Shown here: positions 23,279 to 34,145 of the stretch, one piece after another
How the letters are laid out: each line of letters begins with the position of its first letter
Position numbering within the stretch: the stretch's first letter is position 1
From: Seison nebaliae
Lineage: Eukaryota
NCBI GenBank assembly: GCA_023231475.1
Contig: JALJEE010000340.1
Location: 1 to 34,145, forward strand
DNA length: 34,145 nt
Reading direction: 5' to 3'
Notes under the pieces: generated by a model
The model's database searches: none
What the model was told of the DNA's origin: nothing
The model's input: the letters and a program-made list of their open reading frames with translations, nothing else
Made by a program: the position numbers and the translations under genes

Positions 23279-24531
23279 TAGATAATAATTGACTTTTTTA
23301 TCAAAAACATTCAGATTGCTGTCAAATTGCATAGTACGTTTTCGTATTAAAAACTCTAAATTTATACATCATTCTTATCAATAATTTTTAGTTACTATTC
23401 GTAATTTCTATTGGTGTAATATTACACGAATTGCCACCGGAAATTGATGACAATTTGTTTTCTTTCTATTCTCTTCGTTCATCATGTGTAGTTGTGTCAT
23501 TTCGCCAATCTCTCTATCAATTCCCCATTCTATCATATTCAGTTTATCTATTCCTTCTAATTTCTATTGGAAATGATTCTATAAACTATAAAAAGATTAA
23601 TAATGTATTTCATTTCTTGTTTCATAATTTTCTGATTAATCTTATTTATTGTTTTATGTTGATGTTGCAAGAAATCTCAAATATCGATTTATTAAAATTG
23701 GTTATATGAAGATATGGTGTTCCTCAGATCCTTTTATTCCTTCTATCACTGTTGTAAATATTTTTCGATTCAATTGAAACTGAAGTTATTGGTCATTTAT
23801 TGTTGTGACTTTTAGGGATTAGCCGTTTCTATATCCAAAAGTCATAAGTCGCTGCTATGTCTTGACCGAACAATAATAGAACACTTCATATGCTTTTAGG
23901 TTGCTGCAAGTAGTTTAATAAAGCATTTGTATTCTCCATCTACGGATTGAAACCGTTTCCTCTTTTTATTGCTCAACGATATGTTAGAGGTCAAAATATT
24001 CACACGACAACGTGCACCAAAAGAAGATAACTACTACGATTTTCAGAAGAGACATGATAATTAATGGCATGATTGATGAGATTGAAGTGTAATTAGTATT
24101 TATTACGTGTATAAACACGAACAACATTATCACTATTTTTTCGTTTTATTCATTTTCTTACAATTAGTTAGTTTACATATTAGACGTCTTACAGTCTGTG
24201 TTAACTTCCCTATCATACGCACAGGTCGTTAACATAGTGACCTACAAGACAACTACATAAGTTCTAACGTCGCATTCTATCTTTACTATTATTCCTAACT
24301 CTATTAAATAGTTTTTTAAAATCTAAAATAAAAATCACAAAATATACTGAAGAACAAACACAAATATACAAAGCCCTGATGGATCGGGAGACAAGACAAA
24401 TAATGAAAAGTTTAGACACGTAGATAAAGACGGGCTAGAAATGTTACAAAGAATATCATGTTCAAAGTCTAAAGACGATCATATCTACCACTTATTGAAG
24501 AAAAAAATGTTTGTATGAAAATCAAGTCATT

Positions 24532-25220
24532 TCATACGTAATTATGATATATGGGAAAGCATTCAACGCGCATCCAAATTTTGCATTGCGTACAATTAAA
24601 AAAACTTCGTTTCTTGCACAACACACAAATCCGTCCAACATTGCTCCGTTTCAAAAAATGGTTGATTACGGTTGATGAATTTGATGATATCTTTCTACTT
24701 TTTTTTCTTTGAGAACCACCTAATGCAAATAATTCTTCTACTAACAGATAACGAAAATCGCGCAATATAATATGTGGGTATTCGTGATACAAATATCAAT
24801 CAAGTAGTAAAACAAAGACATGTACCATTTGATACTTCTTTTACAATTGTGGTATGATCTAAGTTGATCTGAATGGTCGACATCTCCCATATTTTTATTA
24901 TAATCCACCGCAACATGTGGACAAGGAATGTTCACTTTAAGTCCAAATTTACCTTTTCTCGTAACATATCCCGGATCCACTGAGGTTGGCAAGGTGCTAA
25001 TGAAGAAAATTTCCTTTTCATCCACCCATACAAAACAGTTAACTACATCAATCTTCGCAGTTAGCCAAGAACCTCTTTCTTTCAGTGTTTTTTTAGTGAA
25101 TGGAAATTGCTGTCTCGTATTTCTAATTGTTCCCGTCAAATTATTATTATTTGTGAACAATAATTCACCAAGGCGAATTGAGGAAAAAAGGGAATCAACG
25201 TAAACATTGAGATAAAATAT
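24532..25220 (-). mobile_element. piggyBac transposase remnant (C-terminal half, frameshifted, 5'-truncated)
   Basis: VYVDSLFSS..L..LTGTIRNTR, WVDEKEIFFIST, PCPHVAVDYNKNMGDVDHSDQLRSY, KWYMSLFYYLIDICITNTHILY. After a frameshift, a Cys-rich terminal domain CVLC..CTQC..CFPIYH. Confidence 0.92.
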
Positions 25221-25274
25221 TTAGATTTACAAAAGTTCAAACTAACATAAAGAATTTTTTTTTAAAGTTCAAAA

Positions 25275-25740
25275 TTGACGGGTGATGGAAATTGATTGTG
25301 AGTTAATGTGAACATATTTAATATGTGATTTCTTTCGTAAAGATTGTCGATGTAATGAATTAATTCTTCCCGTAAGTTCATCATAACGATTTTAAATTAT
25401 GAGAAAAAATAAACGTCCAATGGTTGTAATTGACCGGTAGTACATGGAGGTATTATTTCGACGGATATATTTTCAAAATAAGGAGCTTTCATATGTCTTC
25501 CACATGAATCTAATAAAACAGGCTTTTTTCCTATAATGATCGTACAACATGATCTTTTAGAAAATTATTAATATAATTATTACTTCTCATATTCCGGAAT
25601 ATTTACGAGATGAAATCGTCATTGGAAGAAAACGTATCATATCACAATTTGTACAATAATCTATCTCATTTTCTTTTTAACTTACAAGGGGATTTGATTT
25701 TATAATAAAAAAAATAAAATAATTGTTGACGATTTTCCGA
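25275..25740 (-). mobile_element. pogo-superfamily (Tc4/Tc5-like) DDD transposase remnant
   Basis: Minus-strand translation absent from the ORF track: VLLDSCGRH...ISVEIIPPCTTGQLQPLDVYFFS*FK...LTHNQFPSP. It has 30 residues between the second and third catalytic Asp and an in-frame stop. Confidence 0.82.
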
Positions 25741-26417
25741 ATTTCGAACAACGTAGTATAATGTGCTTTTTTTTCTTTACTCAAGTTCTTAAGCCAACTA
25801 TTTGAAATTCTTTTCTCGCACCACGACATTGATCTAGCCAATTTACTCATTTATCAACCTTATTCGGCAAAATATTTATATAATGATATTAGTTTATTTA
25901 ATATATATTAATAATAGAAATTATTTTTTAAGCAGAAATAATTTTTTTCCACAGGTTTTTATTTTAAAAAAATGACATGACTATAACAAATATGATCAGA
26001 ATCTTTTGATCTTGTTATATATACCTATAAAACAATAATAATAAATAATAATAATAAAATATATATCGAATATATTTGATATAGATATTAAATATATTAT
26101 TAATATCAGAAATAAGACAAAGGATAATTTTGAAATGTTCAATATACTTATTTGCAGCTTATTATTTTAGTGGGTGGAGAAGGGAAAGGACGATGAATTT
26201 GATGTATAGATAGTCAAAACAGGTATCTGATAACACATGATAATAAAGTAAAGATTATCGTTTCTCCAAAGAGCATATTATAAATTAATAAAAATATAAA
26301 ATCTCTAAAGTCAAATGGAATTGGAAGGAATGGAATGGAAGTGGAAATTGTCAAATTGAAGTGGAAACCGATTTATTATAGATATAATTTGGAATTGAAA
26401 CCAAATTTCTAGTTGCA

Positions 26418-28549
26418 ATGGCTAGTCGATTCATTCTTACTTCTTATTTAAGTAAGTTTCCTCTACGACCAATTCCTTCGTTCTTCTCTATTCATCAACG
26501 TTCTCCTCATATTCATTTGTCTTTACTTCAACAACACGACTTCAGTCAACCACCTTTCTCTGTTCAGCCGTTGAGACGAACACACAAATTAAAATTAGCA
26601 AAGACTGTTGAAAGAATGGAAAGTTATTTCTCTTTAAGATTCGTATATATTTAATTCGGTTCCATCGGATAGTCCCAGCAACTGATGAGGCATTACATAA
26701 TTTGGAAGAGAACGTCGATGTCCTTCCATCTAATTCATTAAAAATTTTCGATGAAATACTCAAACATGCCGATCCATCATATTGTGTAGCGAAGCAGTTG
26801 CAAGTTAGAGCGGATGGTAAAGGAAACGAATTACTAATAATAAATGGTCAATATACGTTCAGATTGAATAATAATATCTATGTGGCTGCTTTTGGTAAAT
26901 CGGTGTTGAGTTAAGAACAATTTCCACAATTCATTCTAACTCTTCATTATTCTTCTTATTTTTGAGGTGGTTGTTTGGCCTTAAAGAAACGTTTGGGTGA
27001 ACATATCCAACAAGGTGTCATTAGTATACCTGATGGATTGTTGGAGAGAATCAAAAAGTTATTTCTCTCATTTCCACTTCTCATTAATATGTTTCCTCCT
27101 TCTTAAGAGAAGATCGAGATTTTTTACTCAACGATGAAATTTTTAATGTGTACGAGGGTGCTAAGAACAATTTGCCAGACGATAATTCAGGAAGAGCTGC
27201 TGTGAAAATTTATGAAATGATCCAAAATTTAGAGGAAGATGATATACTTCTCGTCTTTATTTCTGGTTGATAATTTTCCTTTTCTCCAATTACATCTGGT
27301 GAATGGTTTCAGGTGGCGGTTCCGCTTTATTGACCTTACCACCTCAAGGCATCGATATCGATGATATTAAACATATGACACAAGTGGTCGCATCGAAAGG
27401 TGCTACTATCAAACAGTTGAATACAGTTCGGAAAACGGTTTCCTTATTGAAAGGTGGACGAATGGTGAGAACCGCATATCCAGCGAAAGTCATAGGCTTA
27501 ATCATTTCAGATGTGATTGACAGTGGTAAAAATGGTAGTGAGGTGGCATCTGGCCCGACAGTCGTCGAACATGTCAATCCTACACTTTGTGTCGGTCTAT
27601 TGAAGACGTTAAATGCGTGGAATGATATACGTCCGAACATTCGTCATTTCATTCGACGTGAAACATTAAAATATGAAACGACATCGTTATTTATCTTTCA
27701 CTTTCCAATTCATCACATTTTCATTCACATTCATTCACATATAGAGAAGGAGCAACAGAACATGAAGAATATGTGGCTCAATTGAAACGTGATAATAGAT
27801 ATCCGTTGAATATGGTTCTTATTGACAATGAGAAGGCGTTGAAAGCGTCCGTTAATTATGTTGAGAATCAATTAAAGATTTCTTCATTCCTCTTCAATAC
27901 TCGTTTACAAGGAGAAGCAAGAGAGGTTGGTAAAGGATTCGCTAGACTTGCCGCTTTCGTCTGTTCACTATTGGCTAACGAAAGTCGAATGATGACTGAC
28001 GATATGTCACTGGCGAAATTGGAGATGCAAATTATTGGATGTGGTTTAATGAATAAAGACGAATTTACTAAATTCGTCGAACGTGTCCGTCAATATCGTC
28101 GAACTGTTAATGACAAATTTTACAATTTAGCATTAATTGCTGGTGGTGAAACGACGACTACGTTGTGTCAGAAACCAGGTTATGGTGGACGTAATCAGGA
28201 ATTGGTGGTTGCAGCCGGTATCGAATTGAATGAGTTATTTCATGAGAAGAGTATATTAAGACGTGATTTTGATGTGAATGTTACGTCGTTGGGAACGGAT
28301 GGACAAGATGGTCCGACTGCCAATGCTGGTGGTTTCATATCGTATAATATTATGGAACTCATCCAAGAACATATCATTGGTGATACAATGGTCGATAATC
28401 GAAGAGATTGTGAGAAAATAGCGAATGGTTATCTTGCAAAGAATGATACAGGATCATTATTAGACTTGTTAAAGCGATCAGTCAAAATCGGGTTAACCGG
28501 AACGAATATTATGGACGTGACGATGCTACTCATCTCATCGAAACGTTAA
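26418..28549 (+). CDS. GLYCTK: Glycerate kinase (class II, MOFRL family), 6 exons, ~622 aa, with a mitochondrial-transit-like N-terminus
   Basis: Exons 26418-26622, 26673-26909, 26967-27057, 27108-27265, 27313-27685 and 27745-28549. Motifs AAFGKS, EGAKNNLPD, ISGGGSALL, LNTVRK..S.LKGG, ISDV, ASGPT, AGGETT, GGRNQEL, GTDGQDGPT, TGTNIMD. Confidence 0.95.
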
Positions 28550-29468
28550 ATGAAGAATGAATGAATTAATTAATTCCATCTATTAGATTAAATATGAATA
28601 GTAAAAGCATTTTCCACTTATTCTGATTTTATTACACGGAAATATCTTTATAATTATCAATCATGTTTCTTCATTTTCAAAATCATTCTCTCCACTTCGT
28701 CAACCTGTTATACATTAATTTATTCTCATATTTATAAGTGTTGTCCATTAAGAATATTCAATAGATTTTTATAAAAATTGAAAATGATATCAATGATATT
28801 TCAAATCATCCAAAAAAGAAAAAGTATGAGGAAAATATACATAATACAACTTTCCTCTAGTCACATCAGATTTCGATGAAAGTTCGAAGAAATTAAATAT
28901 ATAAATATATTTATTGATATGTTAATTAGAAAAATAATTTGGAGAAAGAAAATGTTGGTTGTTGTTGTTGTTGTTGAAGAAAGAAAAAGAATGACATTTA
29001 AATTTAAAAAATGATATTGTATTTTGAGGACTAGTCTGATTGATGAAAAGAAGAAACGTTAAGAAATTGAAATAAGAAGGATGAAATTAATCGTAAAATG
29101 TCTTTTATACAAATTGACGAGTATGAAAATTTCCATTTGAATATCTTACTTTTTAAGGTTTGATGAATTTATTTGAAGGAAGAAATTGCTGAAAAGAAGA
29201 AAAGAAAACATGTTTTCCGTAGGAAGTTTTTTTTTAATACAACATAATAAATAACTCGACGATGGACGGTTTTATTTAAACAAAATTTTATTTATCTCTT
29301 CCTTTTCTCTCATGATTAGATTTTATGGTATGACGGGAATTGGACCGGATGTTCATTTGTCATCATCGATTAAAAAAGTTAAATGATTGTCGATCATTCT
29401 TTTAAATGATCAGAGATAATTGGGTAAGATTAACTCATCATTAATATCATTATACAATTGTTGGAGTG

Positions 29469-29646
29469 TTAATAAGCTTCTTCTTCTTGTTTCTTACTAA
29501 ACTTCCTGTACAGTACTATTCCAAGTAATATAGAACAAAGAAGGGTTGAGAGTAGGCCGAATGGTAGTAGAATGCCAATGACATATTGTGAAGTTTCCAT
29601 TATCGATCGATATTGATAATCGTTTGGGGAGAACGTTCGTTGATAT
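29469..29646 (-). CDS. Terminal coding exon encoding a single TM helix (small membrane protein)
   Basis: Acceptor ctatctttag, then phase-2 frame YQRTFSPNDYQYRSIMETSQYVIGILLPFGLLSTLLCSILLGIVLYRKFSKKQEEEAY*: a hydrophobic helix followed by positive-inside residues. Below the ORF-track length cutoff. Confidence 0.6.
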
Positions 29647-32522
29647 CTAAAGATAGAATTATCTCTAATGAAAGAAAATGAGAAATTTTAAAAGTTATTC
29701 AATATTATAGTACTCTCTTTTTCCATATATATTAAGTTTTTATTCTCATCTGAAAACGAAAAATCTAAACTGTGAGTTGTAAAGAGAAAGACTCGTTCGT
29801 TCTGTTCAAAAAAAAAACAATGATTTACCTTATGTGTCTGCAGAACACAAGCAAAATGTTTCAATTATTCCGATGTAATTCCTTTTTATTTCCATGAAAT
29901 TTCTCATAATATCCAATTCCACTTCGCTTATTATTCTTCATAACATAAATTCAATATAAGTAAGTATTCAATGAAAGGAGACTGATACGAACAAATTTCG
30001 ATAGGTTATTCAATAAATATCTATCGTAGAAATTAACAAACAGTATAGAATCTCTATTTGCAGAATTTCTATTTATAGAATTGATAGATAAATAAAAAGA
30101 ATCTGAAGTTTCGATGAGAAAAAGAAATTTGATAGACTTGGTTTAAAAAAATCTTCAAACGTACTCCAATTTAAAACTGTCGACATAAATATAAATTGAA
30201 TAACGTTTGTGGATAATGCATAATATACATCTACATAATATATATATATATATATTACATCCATATACATAACTAACTGGCCGAGAGTATGTTTTTTAAC
30301 GTCCGATTATTGTTTAACGAAAAATAAACCGAAATTCCAATAGAGTTTTTAATTCCAACAAATTTTGTTAGTTCGGTTTATCTTTCACTAAAAACCAGCT
30401 AGCAAAAAAAAATGTTGTGAACCATGGTGTTCTATTGTCTAATACATAAAATAATATTGTGTCTTTCTAGTGAGGATGTAACATAAATGGTCAACGGTAT
30501 GAAAAATATTCCCCAACCAAATCTTCCATCTACTAAAGCCCTAGATGAAACTTGGGATAGATAAAACGGTATCAATCAACATTCCGCACAATATAATTTG
30601 GAGACGAATCCATTTCCACTTTCCAATTCCATTAACATATGTAATATGTACATATTGGGCATATGAGAAAGTTGAACATTGAGGAGCACAGATGGAATAT
30701 GACGTGGAAAAGAAGAAGAAATATGTGGATGTCGTCTTATAAATGAAATGTTGATGGGAGACCAGACTATGACGAAGAAGAAATGGGACGATTGAAGAAA
30801 TGGGAAGTGATATCGAACTTATGATCTTAGATTCTTATGAAATATATTTATTTTTCCTTCTTTATTTCGTCATATAATTCGATGAATAAAAGAAGAATAT
30901 AGGAGACTATATGAAATGAGTTCGTCCAAAATAAGTCAAATAAGAGTAGCGAAGACACTGGAATAAAGAAGAAGTATCGAATGAAATGTGTTCTACGGAA
31001 AGAAAGGTTAAAGATTGTCGCACTAACTGAACTTTGCTCATTGAGTTTCCCTTCTGTGTACATATTATTCTTCTTCTCATTCAATTCTGACAAATACTTA
31101 TACGTATATGTATTATACGTATATATCTCACATTGACATACATCAACAGATACGGAGCATAAAATTATTAAATAAATATACATGGATGCAGAAAATTTTT
31201 TATTCTTTTTGTGGAAGTTATTCTTCAGAGGTACAGGAGCAGATCAGTAAGTAGAAAGAAAGTTCTCACTCAAATAATTAGTTGCGTCAACAACTACATG
31301 ACTAGTGGTAGTAAAATCGTAGTAGTAGTAGTAGAAGTGGAAAGAATGAAACATGCAACGAAGGAGAACAATTGGTGAAATGAATAATAAAATGACTTAA
31401 TATCGACCAGAAAAAAGCCCTCGTCACATGTTTTCTAAATTTCCACGCGAAAGCGACATTTGTAATTCGCAAAATTTAACAAATTATTTTACGGAAAATT
31501 TAATGAACTCTCTAATCTATACAATAATTGTGACAAAATTAGAAATTCCCATTTAGATTATCTTACAATTGGACAAAAATGTGAAGTAACAGTAAACTCT
31601 TTAAGTATAAAATTTATTTTTAAATATTTCAGAAAGAAAATCAATCGTTTTTATTATTCCGTTAACTTTTGTTATTACCCGTAAGCTGTAGGAAAAATAA
31701 AAGAAACTTACCATCGGAGAATGGGTCATTTCCTTTCACAAAATTAAGATTTTAGGCAGAAAATTTTTTTCACCATAGAACTTGAAAATGGCTATCTAAT
31801 GATGACATTTTCACTAATTTTTGTTTAATAAAAAAACCGGTAATATAATAGAAATGTAAAAATATTTGAAAAAAGAATAAAAAAATTGATTTTTCCAGCT
31901 GTTTTGATGTTTCCAGTTTTTTAAACTTACAATTTGTGAATATTCTATTTTATCGATCATTTCTCACTTTCTTCTTCTTGGTTGTGATAACTCATCACTG
32001 ATAAGTTTCATAATGATCATTTCTTTATTTTCCCGCTACTTTACATTATTCAGTTGAGCACAGTTGTCAAATGTCAGCAGATTTTTCACATCACGACTCA
32101 ATTCCATTAATATCATTAATGAACATCATTATGGAATTTTAATGACAAGATTAAACGACTAAGATTTTATGCTGTGTTAAAAGAACCAATGTGAAATGAC
32201 CATTTGTCAAAAAATTGATGGGTAAACATATTTTCGTTCATTGTTCCTTACTATTTATTTTAAATACTTTTAATCATTTGTTTTTGTCATCAGACGACGG
32301 AATAGTATACGTAGTTTATAAATAGAAAGAAAGTAAATTAACAGAAAGAAAATATTGAATGGAAAAACTTCCTCTTTATAGACGTAAATAGCAAAAAGTA
32401 GCACACATTTCTATTTCGTTCAAATAGAGAAGAATAATACCTGCACTATTCTCCTGCTTCAAAATATTGAAAGAATTATGTTCGAAGAAGACGGATGACA
32501 TGTCTGCACGAATCACGGACAT
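29469..32522 (-). CDS. Candidate micro-exon gene for a ~98-aa single-pass membrane protein
   Basis: Phase-compatible chain 32441-32522 (82 nt), 31712-31732 (21 nt), 31679-31685 (7 nt), 29829-29837 (9 nt) and 29469-29646. The internal exons are AG/GT-bounded. Speculative without RNA data. Confidence 0.35.
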
Positions 32523-32959
32523 ATCGTCTCCTCCGCTACTTGTTCTCTCATGATCTTCTTAAAGGGACTTTTAGCGGACTACATTAACGGACACTACTTC
32601 CCACGTCTTTTGAAATCCCAATAGGTTTATTACAAATTATTATAGTATAAAAAATTCATTTGACAAATTAGACAATTTAATCTTTCAAAGAATTAAACAT
32701 ACGTTTTTTCTAATAATTTCCATAACAATAGATATTCCCATATTGATGCAGATATTGCAATGCATAGATATTAATGCAATATATTGACAATTTGTTATCA
32801 TCTCGTAATTTGATGCCATTCTCAATGAATGATGAGACCGACAAAATTATGATAAAATAAAATTGCAAAAAACTCGAAAAATAAGAACATGTTAATATGG
32901 GTGAAGTATATTTATGATTTTTGAAATTAATTTCGTCTATAGTTACAAAAGTCTATACA

Positions 32960-33775
32960 AAAAAGTAACAGCAAATCATGGAAAACATTTCGAACTGATA
33001 AAAAATTTGCTGCTCTCTAATTGAACATAATCACAGTTTGAGTGAAGATGAAATCGCTAAATTTCAGTTTATAATCATATTAAGGAAGCCGCAACAAATA
33101 TTATAAGTTACTGGACTTAAATAATTCGAGAGTCGTATAAAAATGTTGGCATGTCTGCTGACGAAATGAACTGATAACCTTCCACCTTAGAAAGACAAAT
33201 TAGAAGATATCGAGATAGAAAAAGACCGAACAAGATGAATTTCCTCGTAGGAGAAAACTTTTATGTTTTGTACATAAATGAAAAATATCTTATAAAAAAT
33301 AGAATGCTTGAACATCTGTTTATGAACGGAACATTAAAAAAAGCCTCGAAAGATCTTTATCAGTTGCACATAATCGGAGAATTGTTCCACGATCGATTTA
33401 TATCATTTCGTTATGCCTTAATAAAAAATAAATGATCTGTCAGTTATATGGAAGCTTTTGATTATTTGGAAAACGAATGCAATCTTACTCCACTTTCCAT
33501 AATAATGAATTTTGACGTAATATCCATCGTTGCTACTTCGATTTGACTCAAATTATTATCGGACATGTCCAGGAAATTAATCAAATTCCGTTGTATCATG
33601 GAAGCAACGATTTTGGTTTGGAAATTATGAAATTGGTGTATTTATCTTTAGTTGTTAGATGATGAGTTTGTAGTGATATATGGCAGGGTTTGTTCATCGA
33701 ATGCATTGTGTATTTATGATTATTTCTAAAACGTTTATATTGAAGTAGAGAATCGGTTTGAGATATGGCATAAGA
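32960..33775 (+). mobile_element. MULE/Mutator transposase remnant (multiple stops and frameshifts)
   Basis: EHNH zinc-finger end, LFMNGTLKKASKDLYQLHII (MULE consensus DGTFK..P..F.QL), YALIKNK*..SY..AF, LTPLSIIMNFD (cf. P..I..DFE), YDYF*NVYI. Both catalytic Asp positions read Asn. Confidence 0.8.
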
Positions 33776-33857
33776 TAATCTTCTCTTAATTTTTCTTAAA
33801 GTTCTCCATATATTCTCAAAAAAAAAAAAGAACTATAAAAGTTTTTATAAATTTCTT

Positions 33858-33860
<3 letters not shown>

Positions 33861-33890
<30 letters not shown>

Positions 33891-34145
33891 TAGCAAATCC
33901 CCGCGGGGTAAATTAAAAAGAAAAAAAGATAACTCTTTAAAGGAGTTATTTGAAATTAAATTCCTGCCCGTCTCAACAAATTGTTTCAGAGCTTCAGGGA
34001 CATGGTAAGAAATATCAAAATTGGAGGTCAACGATAAAGAATGATCAAGTGAAAGAGGATAGTTTATCGAGTAATAACGGCAGAAAAAATGGAGAGGCGA
34101 CGAGAAGCTCTCACATTGTGTATACGTTGGAACTGGAAGAGTTGA
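33861..34145 (-). mobile_element. Possible 3' end of a poly(A)-tailed non-LTR retroelement or retrocopy
   Basis: T25 run at 33861-33885 (A25 on minus, overlapping AATAAA), GC palindrome ccccgcgggg at 33899-33908, and minus-strand peptide fragments QCESFSSPLHFFCRYY and ALKQFVETGR loosely resembling LINE ORF2 C-termini. Confidence 0.3.

Noticed and set aside
30073..31183. Minus-strand ORFs 30073-30270 and 30848-31183, and an ATG-less open frame near 30540-30800
   Set aside because: Composition driven by TA and CT low complexity; no splice-compatible or homology support; probably intronic.
1..34145. Prokaryotic systems (CRISPR, retron, DGR, operons) suggested by the RT-like ORF and FtsH-like protease
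   Set aside because: The DNA is clearly eukaryotic (spliceosomal introns, LATS, Pol III tRNAs). The RT is Ty3/gypsy-type, and no repeat-spacer array or template/variable repeat pair is visible.

Overview
Eukaryotic, AT-rich, gene-dense DNA with mostly 42-61 bp introns. It is animal-like, since it carries a LATS/Warts kinase, but the species cannot be determined from the sequence. Recognisable genes are a single-exon LATS/Warts kinase, YME1L (5 exons, minus strand), glycerate kinase GLYCTK (6 exons) and three tandem tRNA-Pro(CGG) genes, one probably decaying. There are also several orphan multi-exon genes: a signal-peptide-bearing kinase-like protein, a small Cys-rich type I membrane protein, a secreted protein and two largely disordered proteins. 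Decayed piggyBac, Tc4/Tc5-like pogo, MULE and possibly LINE fragments are present. The strongest unusual signals are (1) an intact 596-aa Ty3/gypsy pol-derived ORF that has lost the catalytic residues of protease, RT and RNase H, a candidate domesticated gene; (2) a window-wide GTT 5' splice-site consensus instead of GTRAG, with frequent AAG/GAG acceptors; and (3) a candidate micro-exon gene on the minus strand at 29.5-32.5 kb whose introns use GTA donors. All exon models are hand-derived from frame and phase continuity and lack transcript support.
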